Source: Podarcis bocagei (lineage: Eukaryota). From it: a DNA stretch of 64,000 bases. How positions within the stretch are numbered: position 1 is the first letter of the stretch; each line of letters opens with the position of its first letter. The notes under the pieces are model-generated. The model did no database searches. It saw nothing but the letters and a program-made list of their open reading frames with translations, and was not told the origin of the DNA. Positions 27,806 through 41,040 of the stretch are shown here, in pieces. Position numbers and translations under genes: made by a program. The stretch lies in the NCBI GenBank assembly GCA_964188305.1, contig OZ076888.1, one strand, 5' to 3'.

Positions 27806-30242
27806 AAAATGGAAGCAGCTGCTCATAGCAAAGCTCTGACCGTTTGGATTAAGAACATGCCAGGAACTGTTCGCAAGGTTGACAAGCTGTGTTTTGATGG
27901 AGCAAATCCAAAAACAAAACAAAACAAAAAAAACACCACCAGGATTGCTTAAAAGCTCATGATTATGGCAAGCTTATAAATTCGTTCAGCAAAAGTGTTT
28001 GCTCTGCTTATGAATAATCCAAGGGCCGACAGAGAACCCTTCTCCCAGAGCATCAAAGACACAGTAACAAAAGCAGATTGAGCCATAATTTTGTTTCATG
28101 CAGACCTGGGACTTTTGAAAGACCATTTCAGATGCGGCTGAATGTGAGAGATCTTGAAATCCAGGAAATCTTTTCCTTATTTTGATTTCAGACTCTGAAA
28201 TCTTCAGTAACTCTAAGACGAATGTGGTCAGAGAATGTGTACCTGTGGTTTAGTAATTTAGCCCATTATTTCCTGTTCCTCCTACAGTATGTAGCATTAT
28301 CTGCCACTTTTGTTGCATTAAATTGGACTTCACACTTCCGTTACCTTTTTGGTGTCTTAAAAGAATAAATGCACGAGAATGTGCCTTTCAGGTTTAGCTA
28401 AACATTGTTTAGGAAAGATGGACACCCTAAAACCTCATTTTTTGATTATGCGAAACATGCCTGCATATAATGCCTTTTTTCTAGTGTCTTTCAAAGTATG
28501 TATATATTGTGTGTGTTTCCTTTACTATGATATTACTTGCCCCTCTATTCTTGTCCTTCTCTAGCTGTCTGTCTTGTTAGGTGCAATAAGAAAATGAATC
28601 CTGAGAGGACAGATAACATTAATTTTCCATTAATTGTCTTAATTTTCCCCACCTTTTCTTTGTCTGACATACCATTAATGCAATGCTTTCCTTAGAAATG
28701 CATTGAATTTGAGAGGAGTAATGAAGTTGCAGCAGGCTCCTTTCATCTATGGAAAATGATGATCTTAACGTGCACATCTAGCAAGTCATCAGTGGTTGGA
28801 TCCAGAGGAAGTTAGTTGTGCTTTAGTTCTTCCAAAATCAGTGGGACTCAAGTTGTTATGAGTAGTGCATAACTAACTTCCTCTGGATCCAACCCAATGC
28901 ATTTAGCATATATTTAGGCAGTTAAGGACAGCCACTTTTTAAAAAAGCAACTCCAAGTAAATACTTTAAAGTTAACACTGTGTCCCAGAGCCAACATTTG
29001 CTAATGTGGAAAGGCTCAAAATTGGGAACTAGTGTAGAGCACAACCATGTTAATAGCACATATATTCACACTAACTAGATCTGTGTGCCACAGTCTGGGA
29101 AACAATTAAGACAAAAGTTCAAAACACTGACATCCCCATAAACAATTGTAAGCTGGTGTATATATTTTTGGCAGATGTATCTGCCTTTTGATTGGACTTG
29201 CCCTCAAATTCTTTTCCTGTTCCACCTTTATATTAATTACAGGACTTAAATCTCCTAGGATTATATGCCTCTACTGTTTCAGTGGAAATGAACATGTACA
29301 CTCTGTTTCCTCTGATGAATTCTGAGTCACAGTAGCATCTTGAGCCAAATCAGAAAAGATTACAGGCATTACGTCATGTACCTCTTCAAGAACACAACTA
29401 CACACACACACGCACATACACACACACAGTGTCTAATTTACAAATATATAAACACACACACACGTATGCATATTCCCACACATTCTCTCTTACACAAACA
29501 CTCCTATATTGATGTATGTTTTTGTTATTGCTGGTTTTATAACTTAAAAAACCCCCAAAAAAACCCTTTGGTTATCTTATTATGGAAACTCAATTGAGTT
29601 TTTACTCCCAAAGATGACCAATAAATATTAATATATATATATTTCAATGGCCTCCCCTGTTCCCTGTCCCTACTGACATTCTTTTTTTAATAGATTGTTA
29701 TACATATCCAGTCATAAGCAAATTGAGTGTGTGACTTTCTAGCATCTTGTATATAATGGATTACTGTATAGCATACAGTAATTTCTCATACTTAATTCAT
29801 TCAGATGCATTATATAGCATACTTTCCACTTTATCTTTTCCTTTGTGTTGTTAGATTTAAGCAAATGCATCTTATTTTTATTTTAAGCGAGGTAAAAAGT
29901 GAAGTGAGATAACAACTTGCTAGATCCTATTGAATACCTGGATGCTGTAACCTGGACCTTTCCACGGACATAACTGCAAAATGTCACACCAATCCTAGAT
30001 CTAACTGTGAAAGCTGCTCATTGAAATGAGAATACTAGATACCCTAGACGTATATGCCTATTCACTTGTGAGTAAGCTCTATTGAATGCAGTGGGACTGA
30101 CTTCTGATTAAGCATGTATACGATTATACTGGTAAAGTGTATTTTCCCTAATTCATATAGCAAATGAATAGAAATAGTTCTGCTTCATTTTCTAAATTAG
30201 GTCTATGCATTTGACGAGTGAATCTAGGCTTTATTACACTTG

Positions 30243-30245
30243 GCG

Positions 30246-30280
<35 letters not shown>

Positions 30281-30297
30281 TTGTGTGTGCACACACA
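30243..30297. repeat. (GC)6(AC)13 plus palindromic TG/CA run; alternating purine-pyrimidine tract
   Basis: gcgcgcgcgcgcacacac...acac t tgtgtgtgcacacaca. Confidence 0.9.
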
Positions 30298-32359
30298 GGC
30301 TGGGCGCCTCAATGGTGCCCCTCTGAAGGCTTCACCAGGGCAAAAATCCCCGGCTAGCGTGCCCCCACAGTAGCTTTACTAGCGCCTGATTACAAATCTT
30401 TGAAATCCTTCATGCCCAGTCCCCCTCATCTTAACTCCCAGAACTATCCTGTTAAAGAGATATTTTAATACCTGGGTTTTATTGTGCCTAGGGCTAAAAC
30501 ATATGACATATTTTTAAACCACTGTATTTACTATTGACTCTGAAGTCTAATCAGATGACAACTACATAGGAAGTCTGGAAAGCTAATAGCAATTGCAGGT
30601 GTCAAGGACTTGAGAGTTCAAATGATATATATGTACCAGTAAACCACTTTGATTATCTTCTGCAGCCTTGTGTGGACAAAATAACTAATGTTACTGCCAG
30701 CTGCCTTTGAAACCTCATACCACAAACAGGAAGGCATGAAATAGTCATGTTAATAGTGAGTAAAGTGAATCAAATCTTTTGTTTGTTTGTTTTTGGAGAA
30801 GCTGTGAAGGATGGTTAATACCCTGCCTTTCTCTGCGTATTAATGTAAGCTGAACTGATGGAAAGGTTCTTCATATCAGTCTATGAGGAACAGATGCAAT
30901 TCCCACCATACAGATGCTCCTTGAAATGGCTTACAGGCACATATGGGAGTGATGCTGCCTCCCATCCCATTGCTTGTCTTGACGGTGCATTGCCTGAGTG
31001 CCAAATCATATGCAGGTGACCAGGACATGGTTGCAAAGACTAGGTCACCAGGCAGCTCTTGCCCACCCACAGCATACAGTATACATGCTGTCAAAGTCCA
31101 TTACGCACAGCAAGGTGCGAAGCTGAGAGTGAGACAAAGAATAAGTGTGTAATAGCACCAAGCAGCCATCCTGCTGTCGCTGCAGCTCGCTGTTCTATCT
31201 GCACCATCTTCACCCGGGAGTTGTCCCAACATAACCCCTGAACCTGCCCTCCGGAGGGGAGAGGGAAGTTTATAATTGGACTGCTTATGTAATTTGCTTG
31301 TGCGTGTTGGTCTTCCGCAGCATGTAAAGCTGTGGCATTCAGAAAAAAAGAAACTTTCTAGAATTAATGAGGCTGCTGTGTAACCTTTCAGCTGAGCATA
31401 GGATGCGATTACATCCTCTGCCGTTGCTTACTCTCCTCCTGCTGCTCCTCTTTGAGGCTGGAGCTGATGCGATGGCGTTGAAGGTTGTTCCTGTTCATAT
31501 AGGATATGTACCAAAAGCAGAAAATACAGTGGCACATGCATGCCATTCAAGTACATCTATTTTGCTTATCTATATATGTTTTCCATATTTATATGGTCTG
31601 TTTGGTTATTTTCCACAAAAGGGAGACGCAGGATACACACTCGGCATCCTGAGAATTCCCAATTTCCTTTTTCTTTTTGAAGCAATTTCCCCATTTTGGG
31701 TGGCTGCAGAAATTTTCTTGAAAGCATGTGGGGATAATTGGTCTTTTCTGTGGTCCGGGGGCAAAGCTTCAGCGTCCTGCCTAGCTCCCTGCTCTGTCCC
31801 ATTACTAATGCAAACAGAATTGTGCAAAAATATGCCCATTTTACAGAATGTGTTCTGCTTCTCTTGATGCAGAATGCGTGTGATTTTTTAAAGGCTGGTT
31901 TTTGTATGCCTACATGTTGTACATTCTACATTTCCTAAGAGTGTAAACTCTAAGGAACAGAGGGGGACTTCTGGGTAAACATGCATAGGATCCTCGGTTG
32001 TCTTTGAACTGGATGTGAAAGTAAGTGTCATTTTAAACAGTGGAACTATCTGAAGTATTTTGAGTAGTGCAGCTTTAATGTTTCTTGCATAGATCTTGAT
32101 AAATCTGAGGAGTGGTACCTGCATTACTCTTCAAATAGCCACCCTGCGCAGTCCACAGTCGGCCTGCATTATATCTGAATGGATATGTGTAGTTTTCTTT
32201 CAAGAATACCCAAGGATGATACATCAGGATAGTCTGAAGTGTGACACCCCCCCCCCAATTTGATTAATCAGCCTTCTGCAAAACATTTTGCCAATGTCTA
32301 CTTGGATACTTGGAGACGTGGTGCAGTAGCTAACACAATCATAGAGGCATGATAAAGTA

Positions 32360-32618
32360 CCGTATTTTTCGCTCTATAAGACGCACCAGACCACAAGACG
32401 CACCTAGTTTTTGGAAGAGGAAAACAAGGAAAAAAATATTCTGAATCCCAGAAGCCAGAACAGCAAGAGGGATCGCTGCGCAGTGAAAGCAGCAATCCCT
32501 CTTGCTGTTCTGACTTATGGGATAGCTGCGCAGCCTGCATTCGCTCCATAAGACGCACACACATTTCCCCTTACTTTTTAGGAGGGAAAAAGTGAGTCTT
32601 ATAGAGCAAAAAATACGG
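32360..32618. mobile_element. Non-autonomous Tc2/pogo-type DNA transposon (MITE)
   Basis: TIRs CCGTATTTTTCGCTCTATAAGAC / GTCTTATAGAGCAAAAAATACGG with TA TSDs. Confidence 0.88.
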
Positions 32619-32705
32619 TATATGGGAATATGCTGCATCAGTATCCCAGGAAACGTCACACACTGTGAATGGTACCCTCTTTGGGTGGGGCTATAACTAG
32701 GCAGA

Positions 32706-32957
32706 CAGGGCTACCCCTAGACATTTTGCTGCTTGAGGCAAAGGGCAAAATGCCCCCTCCCCACTTTTCCATTTACAGAAGCCAACTGGACTAGCAGTTG
32801 CATTTTATTTTGATACTGGCAATGAGATGGTGCTCTTTGCCAAACACGAGGGCGCAACAGGCTAGTTATGAGTGTGCAGGGCGCCCATTGCTTCCAGTCT
32901 CTGCCACCTGATGCAGTGGCCTCATTTCAGTTCTGCCTAGTGGCAGGGACGGCCCTG
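32706..32957. mobile_element. Decayed hAT (Tip100-like) MITE
   Basis: Imperfect TIRs CAGGGCTACCCCT / AGGGACGGCCCTG; TSD not clear. Confidence 0.5.
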
Positions 32958-35900
32958 CATGGCAGGTTCCATTGTAATTTTCTCCGTTTGAAAACAAAAA
33001 GAGCACAGGCACTTCAGTATGCCTCACCAAAATAAATCTGGTGTTTGGTTGAGCCTAATTAGCTGCACTGTTAGAAAGCGCTCCAGAAAAAAAACTGTCA
33101 CTGCGCTAATTAGTCTACTATAAAAACACACCAAGAAACACATTAAAGGGTGGGACAGGCAAATTGGTTGAGGTGCAAGAATGGGTGGCCTGTTGTGCTC
33201 GTTACCAGATTGTGCATCTCTATGACTAGATGAGTAATGTTTTAATTTAGAGATTGCCAAGGGAAGAACTGAAAACAGGGGGAAGTCATTTGCTATGCCA
33301 AAGCTTTCCATTATCCAGTGCACTGATTTGATCTATCTGAATGATGAAAAATACAGAAACCCACTACATTAATCAACCTGCATTAGAAAATGGAAACATC
33401 TTATTTTGCAGTCTCATGCCCGGATTGCTAAATGGAGAGACTATGAAGTCTGAGATACATTGCAAGAACCGAAATTTTAATTCCACAGCAGGGATTTTCA
33501 GGTTTGCTGTTGAATTAATGTTTCATATTGATTTCCAATGCAAAATGCTCTTAATACGGTTTGTAGGACAGAAACATTGATGGCTGTACGATTTCGCTCT
33601 TTATGCTCCTGCTGTAAGTTTACACAGAAAGTTATTCCAGAACTTTGTACTGTAAACTGAGCCAATTGTATATGAGCAGCATGTGAACCATTTATGTAGG
33701 ATATCCTACATCAGATTAAAATTGGAAAGTGATGCTAGTAAAGTGAGTGTCACCAAATTTCAAAAGGGTTTCATGGCTGAGAGTTTCTTATGGAGCTTCT
33801 GTGGGCAAAATATTGGTTTTGGTGATAGATATGAAGACATTACCATAAATTGATTCTTGGACATTTTCATTCGGACAAATATTATTGAGTAAAACTTTCC
33901 TTTCTTTCGCCTTTGGGTAACTCTGGTGAAAAATTGCATGTTAAGTAAGATGTATGCTTCTGAACTTGCTTTTGTCTTCTGAATCCTGAATATGATTTTA
34001 TTTTATTTTTACTGATGTATACCAGCAGTTTTCTTGAGGGTTTTTGATTCATCAGCATACCACGCTTTGCTTCTTCAGGCCATTTTGTGTGTTTTTCTTG
34101 CCTGTTTTTAATTTTTTATTTTAAATATGAAGATGCACTACCAACAAAAACGAACTCCTGAGTCATAAGCACCTTATTTGGAAGTAAAGACCCATTAATC
34201 CCAATGCTCACTTCCAGGTCAGTGTGCTTACTATCATAGGCTGAGTAGTCCGACCAAGATGAATAGTGTCAAGAAACCTGTTTAGCATGTGGTGAATGAA
34301 ATTCTACACTCTGATGCTACACTTACGGGTCTTGCTGCTCAGCAGAAGAAATGTCTTACACATGAAATTGCTGTTCTGTAGGGTCATGGACAAATCCAGA
34401 TTAGTCCTGGATTTTGCTCTTCTTAAAGCGAAATCCAAGGACACCAAACATGATTTATTTACCCCTTCTGACACTTTAACTATACTCTCCTACTTCTGTT
34501 TTCTAAGAGTAGAATAGGGGTGCAATGATGGGTGATGATGGGTAAGAATAGTAATGATGGGTAAGAAACCAGGGTCTGTGAATTAGACCAGGTATGTAGC
34601 AATCAGACTTAAAGGTTTATTTGGGGTGGTGGAATGACATTTCAGAGCTTGCAGTGTTACTGCTCAGGCATGGGCTTCCCCCTCTTTCTATCATCACCAC
34701 CTCAGAAGTGCCCACATTCATACTAGTTAAAACATGTTTGCATACATGTGTCTTTCCTTCAGACCTTGCAGAAAAGGGTAGGGTTGGCATGCTATGGAAA
34801 TGCAGGGCTCGTTTTCCCTATGGTTTCTGAAGCCAAGAGGTTATAGGGTAGGATGGGGGAGGTGATCAGGAATGAGGAGTTGCCCACTGTGGCCAAGAGA
34901 ATTCAAATGGCTCAAAGAAGGTTGCAGATGGCTCTGCCCAGCTGAGGTGCTTCCCTATGTTGTCCTCTGACCCCACTCATAATTTGGGACATCTCTTATT
35001 TTTATAAATTGGTCTCTGAGGCAGATGTGGAAAAACTGCACTGGCTTGAAGTTCCATCTGTCCTACCGCGCAGGGCACAAATAGCAAGAGAGAGATGTGA
35101 GACTCTGGCTTTTTAGATAGTGTCTGCCAGACTGAAGCGTGACTTGTGACAATAATCTATGGAATGGCCTGTTTTTAGGAAAACATGGAAATAACCGGCC
35201 TCCAGTGGGAGATGAGCTGGAGGAGACTTGTGAAGTCTCCTCTCCCCTGACTCTGGACCTCATGAGGGATAGGCAGTGCTTTAATTTCTAAGCAAAGGAG
35301 AAGCCGGGCCTCAAGTCTAGCTGGAAGCAACCTCTTGTCTTTCATCCTTGCCATCTATGGTGGACTATAGGAGCCAACTCCTAGGGTCCATGTGGGCTTC
35401 GGCCCCCACAATAAAATATTTGAGGGGGCTGGGCTCCCCCACAGTTGATGGGCATTCCCATTCAAATGATATGTGTGCACTGCGTCATGTGATCGGTTAT
35501 GTGTGGTGGGGCTTACCTGGGCCCCCACAATATTTTATTCAAATTGGCACCCCTGCAGTGCACTCAGGCTTTGCAGTCAGTGACAAGGGAAGATGGCACC
35601 CTAAACAGGTCCCAGGACCGCTTTGACTCACTCCTCCTTCATCCCTGCCTGGGCTCCCATGAAACTCCAGGTGTAAGTTAAGAAGGAAAGTCCCAGCCTT
35701 GGGACTGGAGGCGTGGAAGGAGGAAAGCCTTCGCAAAGTGTAGCGGGATAGGGTAACCTCTAGCCTGCCTCTACCCTTAGCTGTTGGACCACGCTGGCTG
35801 GGGCTGATGGGACTTGAGCATCCCTGGTTTAGTGAGACAGTTCTAGCGTCAGCCTTCCCACGTCCCCGGCCGCTGTCTGCTTGGCATCCAGCGCCGCTCA

Positions 35901-37865
35901 TCCTTCCCACTCCTCCTCCTCCTCCGGAGGGAACTGGTTTCGAGTTTAGGCGGCTGAAGAAGATTCCGCTCGACTTGGGAGGGCCACCGTGGGGAAACCG
36001 TGGAGGGCCTCAGAGAGACCGGAGCTCCTTGCAAATCTCTCTCTGGGAGTGTCAAAAAGCCCCCGGAGGCGGCGCAAGTGTAGGTGGCTGGGGGGACCCC
36101 GCCGTTCCTCTCCTACGCGCGCCTTCCTTTTGCCCCACGGTCTCCAGGTTAAGGCGAAAAGGAAATGGCAAACCGAGCCCTGATAATGGGCAGATGAATA
36201 AACGTGCGAGAAACTCCTCTTGGCCACTCCTCCCCACCTTTTCCTTGGCTCCTTCAAAGCCGCCAAACAACCTGCTCTCCAGAAACCGCCGGGGCTGGAA
36301 GGAAGACGATCCGCGCCCCAAGTAGCGAGTGAAGGGCTTGGCAGTTTTGAAACAATGAGAAACCTGGATCGGAAGTTGGGTTTAAGTGGCTTAGAGGGGA
36401 TTAGGGCTTCAAATTGGCGGCGGGGCCCGGCGCTTTCCTGCGAGAGTCACGCCGCCTTTTAAAAGATTACGCGCAGATTTGACAGCAGCTCCGGCTGGAT
36501 ATTATGAGCCGAGCAAAGGCAGCTGGAAGGAGCCGGGGTGGAGGTCCCTCCCGAGGGATTTTATTTTATCCAATTTTATTTTATTTTATCCCGGCTCCTT
36601 CTGTTCCTCGCCTCCAGTTTCCTTGTGCCAGTACTTTAAATAAAGGCTACTTTTGAAGCGTGTTTTGGGAAGAGCAGGGCGCACAGAGGCATTGGAACGA
36701 ACATTCATATTCCACTCAAACGCGTTTTAATTTTGGTATGAAAAGCATACCCCCGTTAAAACGAAGGAGAGGTGCCCAACAATTTTTCTGATTAACGAGT
36801 TTTTCGATTGCATTATCTGTGGAACTTGAGTGGTCACTTTCCCCCGTTTTAAGGTGTAAGAACAGCGTTTGTAAACGGAGGCTTTGTAAGGCGGAGCGCT
36901 GAAATGCGCGCTTCCCCGAAAGGGGTACTAAGCTGTGTTCTGTGTTGCAACAAAAAACCACAGCAGTGCCTTGTGGCAAGCTTAAAAGTACTCAACAAAT
37001 GAAGATATTTCTTAATGGCGCACGAAGGTGTGGGAATCGATCCTACTCGAAAAATGGACATATAAACTTAGAGCCGCTAGAGGTCCACAAAATAAGGACC
37101 AATTTCTTTCTATTTGGTATGGTTTTATTGTTGTTCACATTAATGACACAGAGCATAGCCAACCTCCCGCCCTCCATGAATGGCTGTGGAAAATACGAAA
37201 AATAGAAATAGAGGCAGAGCTTTACATACTAAGGTTCTCTGGAAATGCAGCTCATCTTCCCCTGGAAAATGAGGGGTATCCAAGCCAGTGGGGTTTTTAT
37301 TTGTATAGACATGTTTTATAACGCCTCCGTATTTTATCGAAAGTCTGGAGTGCATTTCTGAAGTCTCTCGGCCCCCTCTTGGTCTCGGTTCGTGCCTGTT
37401 TTCTGTGATTGACTTCCTTCTATGCTCGATTTTGCCTATTTACTTATTTCCCGCCTTTCACCAGGGTGGGTGGGTTATGCGATACATTTCGTGGCATAAA
37501 CTGCTGTGGGCCAAAGCCCCGCTCGTTAGCATTAGCGGATGTTACATTTGATGACTCTCATACCATTAGAAATTGGTTCGAGGGGCTCTCTGCCTTGAAA
37601 AAACGGGGGATTTTTTTTTTAATGGCTTGCTTTAAAACGACGAAAGAAGCATATTTCCATTTTTTCGTTTGCTTTCTTCCTCCCCCCCCCCCGGGGGGGG
37701 TCGTGTTGTGCATCTTGAGCTGTTCCTAACGCGGGATGAAAGTTGGTGGTCGAAGGAGACGGGGTAAAGTCGCCACATCCATTGGGAGCGAGAGGAAACT
37801 CCACACCCCAGAGGCCCTTAACGTCACTTTGTGTGTGTCCCCCTCTCGCCCCCCCCCCACTTCAG

Positions 37866-37978
37866 CTTCTGGATCTCTTCATGGTGTGGGATTGGTCGAC
37901 TTACCTAGCAGACTACGGGCAGCCCAGCTCCAAGTACCTGCGCGTCAATCCAACCACCGCCTTGGCCCTCCTGGAGAA
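37866..37978 (+). CDS. EXOC6: EXOC6 penultimate major coding exon
   Basis: ttcAG|CTT CTG GAT...GAG AA|GTgagt; LLDLFMVWDWSTYLADYGQPSSKYLRVNPTTALALLE(K). Confidence 0.97.
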
Positions 37979-39059
37979 GTGAGTCACACACAGCCCTCCT
38001 CCTCCTCCTCTAGTCATCTCTGCAGGCGCTATCAGGAGACCAATGCCTTGCAGGAGAGCGAATGCTAGGACACCCCCCCCCCCAGGACACGCATAGGGAA
38101 AGGTTAGGTTGTAACCCAAATGCGTGCGCTTAGGTGCCGCCTGTCCCTTTGCAAACGGGGAAATGCTTCTTTTGGTTTTAGCAGCTCCATCCGGATCTCT
38201 GGTGATTAGGACTGCACACTATCTGCATCTTCCCGCTTAGGAAATTTGCCCATTCTAAATTTCCTTGGACGGACGAGTCCCCTTTCATTGGCGCCCCCAA
38301 ACGAAGCCCACGCAAGATGGCAAAGTGTGGGATGGATCTCGGAGCAATTGGTAAAAGTCCTAATTTGCAGGACCTTTTGGTTTAAAATTATTCCAAAAAA
38401 ATGTAATTACTCTTTGGGAGAGAGAGAGAGAGAAACAGACAGACAGAGAGAAACCAGCAGAAAAAAGCCAACACAAATGTGACTAAACTGCAGTATTAAA
38501 AATGATTCTTTTCAGTATGGGGTCTTTGCTTGCGTTGCGCTATGCAAAATTCCCATCACCAACCCCCCCCCTTCAAGGAGTCCACGTGCTTTGATTTAAC
38601 CGGATAGTAGTTGATCCATTTGATCCAGTGTGCCCCCCAGTGCAGGCAGGCCTTGGCTGAGGATCTAACCTTGATCGAGAGGGAGAGGGAGAAAGATGGA
38701 TGTCTCCACAGTCTAGCTGTTCCAAGGATCGCGGCAGCTGCCTTGAAAATGGGAAAGAGAGGAAGGAAGGTGCAGTCCTGGGCAGGCTTCACCTGGGACT
38801 ACGTCCCTCTGGGCTGAATGGTACTTACGTCTGAGCAAACCTCTTTAGGTTGAAGCAGCGAGGCTCTCTGGAAGCTTCAGCCTCGCCGCGAATGCGGAAT
38901 AGCAAAGAGCGTTTAGGACTCAAGGCACACCGCTTGCAGCTACACCCTGAAATGTAAAGGCGTTATAAATATTTAGCTGTACCTTAAACTACCCCCTTCC
39001 TTTCTAACTGTTGATTCGTTTTCTTTCTTCCCCCCTCGCAACGCCCCAACGTTTTGCAG

Positions 39060-39071
39060 AGTCCACAGAGG
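39060..39071 (+). CDS. EXOC6: Candidate 12-nt alternative microexon of EXOC6 (adds VHRG)
   Basis: Branch-point-like TTCTAAC (39002-39008), long pyrimidine tract, ttttgcAG|AGTCCACAGAGG|GTatgt; frame-preserving between phase-2 exons (AA|A GTC CAC AGA GG|A ATG). Confidence 0.72.
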
Positions 39072-39785
39072 GTATGTATTTTTGTACTTTTTCGGTTTTA
39101 CTTCTTCTGTCACTCCGAATTTATTCCTTTTGGTATTGAACCTCCCAAGGTTCCGCTTCGAAGAGATTAATAGGAAGGCTGACTAAAACAAACAAATAAA
39201 CAAAAAACAACTCAAGCCAAAGTGTCTTAATGGTTACAAGTAGTGGCCCATATACGAATTACAATGAACTACATTCTGTTCCTTGTACAAGTAACTTAAA
39301 AAACAACTGATTGTAACAGAATTCCCTTTGATTCCATGGATACTTCCACACATCTATAATATTTAGTGTAGCCTCCATCCCCCATTAAAAAAAAAAGTCA
39401 TGTGCACTGGAAAATCCCGCTTTGTCATCCCAGCTCAGAATTTTCAGATTTGGAAAACGAACTCAGGTCCCGGAAAGTTTATGCCATCCTAAAATATTTT
39501 TTGCCTTAGAAGTTCACGGGGGTCTCTGTTGTTTTCGCCTAGACTGCTCTTTACGCCGTTCCGATTGGAAGAAAATCGGATTAAGTTGGTGCCATAAACT
39601 CGGCTGCTTGAGAACCTCAAACGTTCCGAGCGCGCCGTTTTTTGCGCGTTTGGGTGGGGGGCTGCGGACATTAAACCCTTCGCATTGGGAACGAACGCAA
39701 ATGAGGAGGAAATTTGGGCTTCTTTTGAAAACGAACGAACTAACTTAAATTCTGTTTGTTTCCTTTTCTCCCGTTCTGCTTTCAG

Positions 39786-39915
39786 AATGAAAGACGTGAA
39801 GAAGAACAACATCTTCGCCCAGTTCAGGAAGAACGACCGCGACAAGCAGAAGCTCATCGAGACGGTGGTGAGGCAGCTGCGAGGCTTGGTGAACGGGATG
39901 TCCCAGCACTCCTGA
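39786..39915 (+). CDS. EXOC6: EXOC6 terminal coding exon
   Basis: ctttcAG|A ATG AAA GAC...; MKDVKKNNIFAQFRKNDRDKQKLIETVVRQLRGLVNGMSQHS*; the VNGMSQH end fits EXOC6 rather than EXOC6B, as does synteny with CYP26C1. Confidence 0.96.
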
Positions 39916-40982
39916 ACGCCGGGCGTTTCTGGAGACCGGCGGGCGCAGGCCGAAAACTAAGCCTGCGTCTCCCCGGTTAGGGTCCTTGCTCCATGGACAA
40001 CTGGAAAAGATGCTGTGAAAGGGACCGGCCTATGGAAATAGCCGGAGAGAACCTGAGCGTCTGCACTGCTGTCAATTAATGCTATCTTAACAACAACAAC
40101 TTGTAAAAGGAAAAACAAACACACACACACACATACATTAGTAGGGGTGGAATAGGGCTGTATATTTACCAAGGCAAAATGCCAAATTGTACATGCAACA
40201 GTGGGATTGTAAATAACTTTCTTTGCGGTCTGCGGGCAATGCCTCAAGATTCCCCCCTCCCCTTTTCCAAAGGACTTGGTGGGGGTGAGATTGCCACGAA
40301 ATCCGCCTTTGCTGCTCCCTACACTAACCCCGAGGTCATGTTTTCCCAAACAAGGAACTTTTTCTGTTTCAATAGTTGCCTGTCTCTCTAAATATAAATA
40401 TAAATAATATATATATATATATTTACACACACTCTCCTGTATTATTTGTAAATTATTAGCCTTAAGTGATCCAACAGGTTTTCTATACCAGATTTTTTTC
40501 TTTTCTTTTTTTGTAGTGGGGGCAAAAAAGGAGAGGGTTTTCCTTTTTTTTGTAGAGAGCCTTTCCAAACTACCTGAATCAAGACTCCGGCCTTGGTGGT
40601 CTTTGAACAACTGGACTTTTCTCGGGTATTTGAGCGACGGGACTTTTATATACAATTCTTAAACCCCCGCGGCGCCCCCCCCCCCTTTCCTCTGCCTGCG
40701 TAAGGGATAAGGCAGCGCGATGCCAATGTTGTGCGTGTAGTTGTGTAGGTAGGTCTGTGTGTGTGTGTGTCCATCTGGGTGTTTCTAGGACTAGCTATTC
40801 CCCACCCCACTCCGTCCCCCTCAATTTTCAACTTCTGCACTGGAGCAGCCTCGTTCGAAACGCAAAGCGAATGTATTCTAAATTCCAAAAAACCCAAATG
40901 AATCGAGGGACTTGCATAAAGAATGTATCTTTCTTTCCTTCTTTTCATGCGCTCCGTGTATTAAGTTATTTGGACAGTCCCG

Positions 40983-41040
40983 AATACAGTAATATAAACC
41001 TTACCCTCCCTTTGGTGTGGCTTGTTTCATTTTTTTTTTC
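40983..41040 (+). terminator. Candidate EXOC6 polyadenylation region with non-canonical hexamers
   Basis: AATACA (40983) and AATATA/TATAAA (40991-40998) followed by GU/U-rich ttggtgtggcttgtttcattttttt; I found no AATAAA between the stop codon and 42722. Confidence 0.45.

Noticed and set aside
31367-31867. 166-aa ORF with signal-peptide-like Leu run
   Set aside because: The Leu run comes from a CTC/CTG low-complexity tract; no promoter, splice or family evidence.
33341-33455. C/D box snoRNA-like ATGATGA...CTGA (similar at 565-660)
   Set aside because: Terminal stems are misregistered, with no clear C'/D' boxes or recognisable guide; such motifs are frequent by chance.
37682-37700. C11G8 palindrome upstream of the EXOC6 exon
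   Set aside because: Homopolymer C and G runs are common throughout this window; no further structure.
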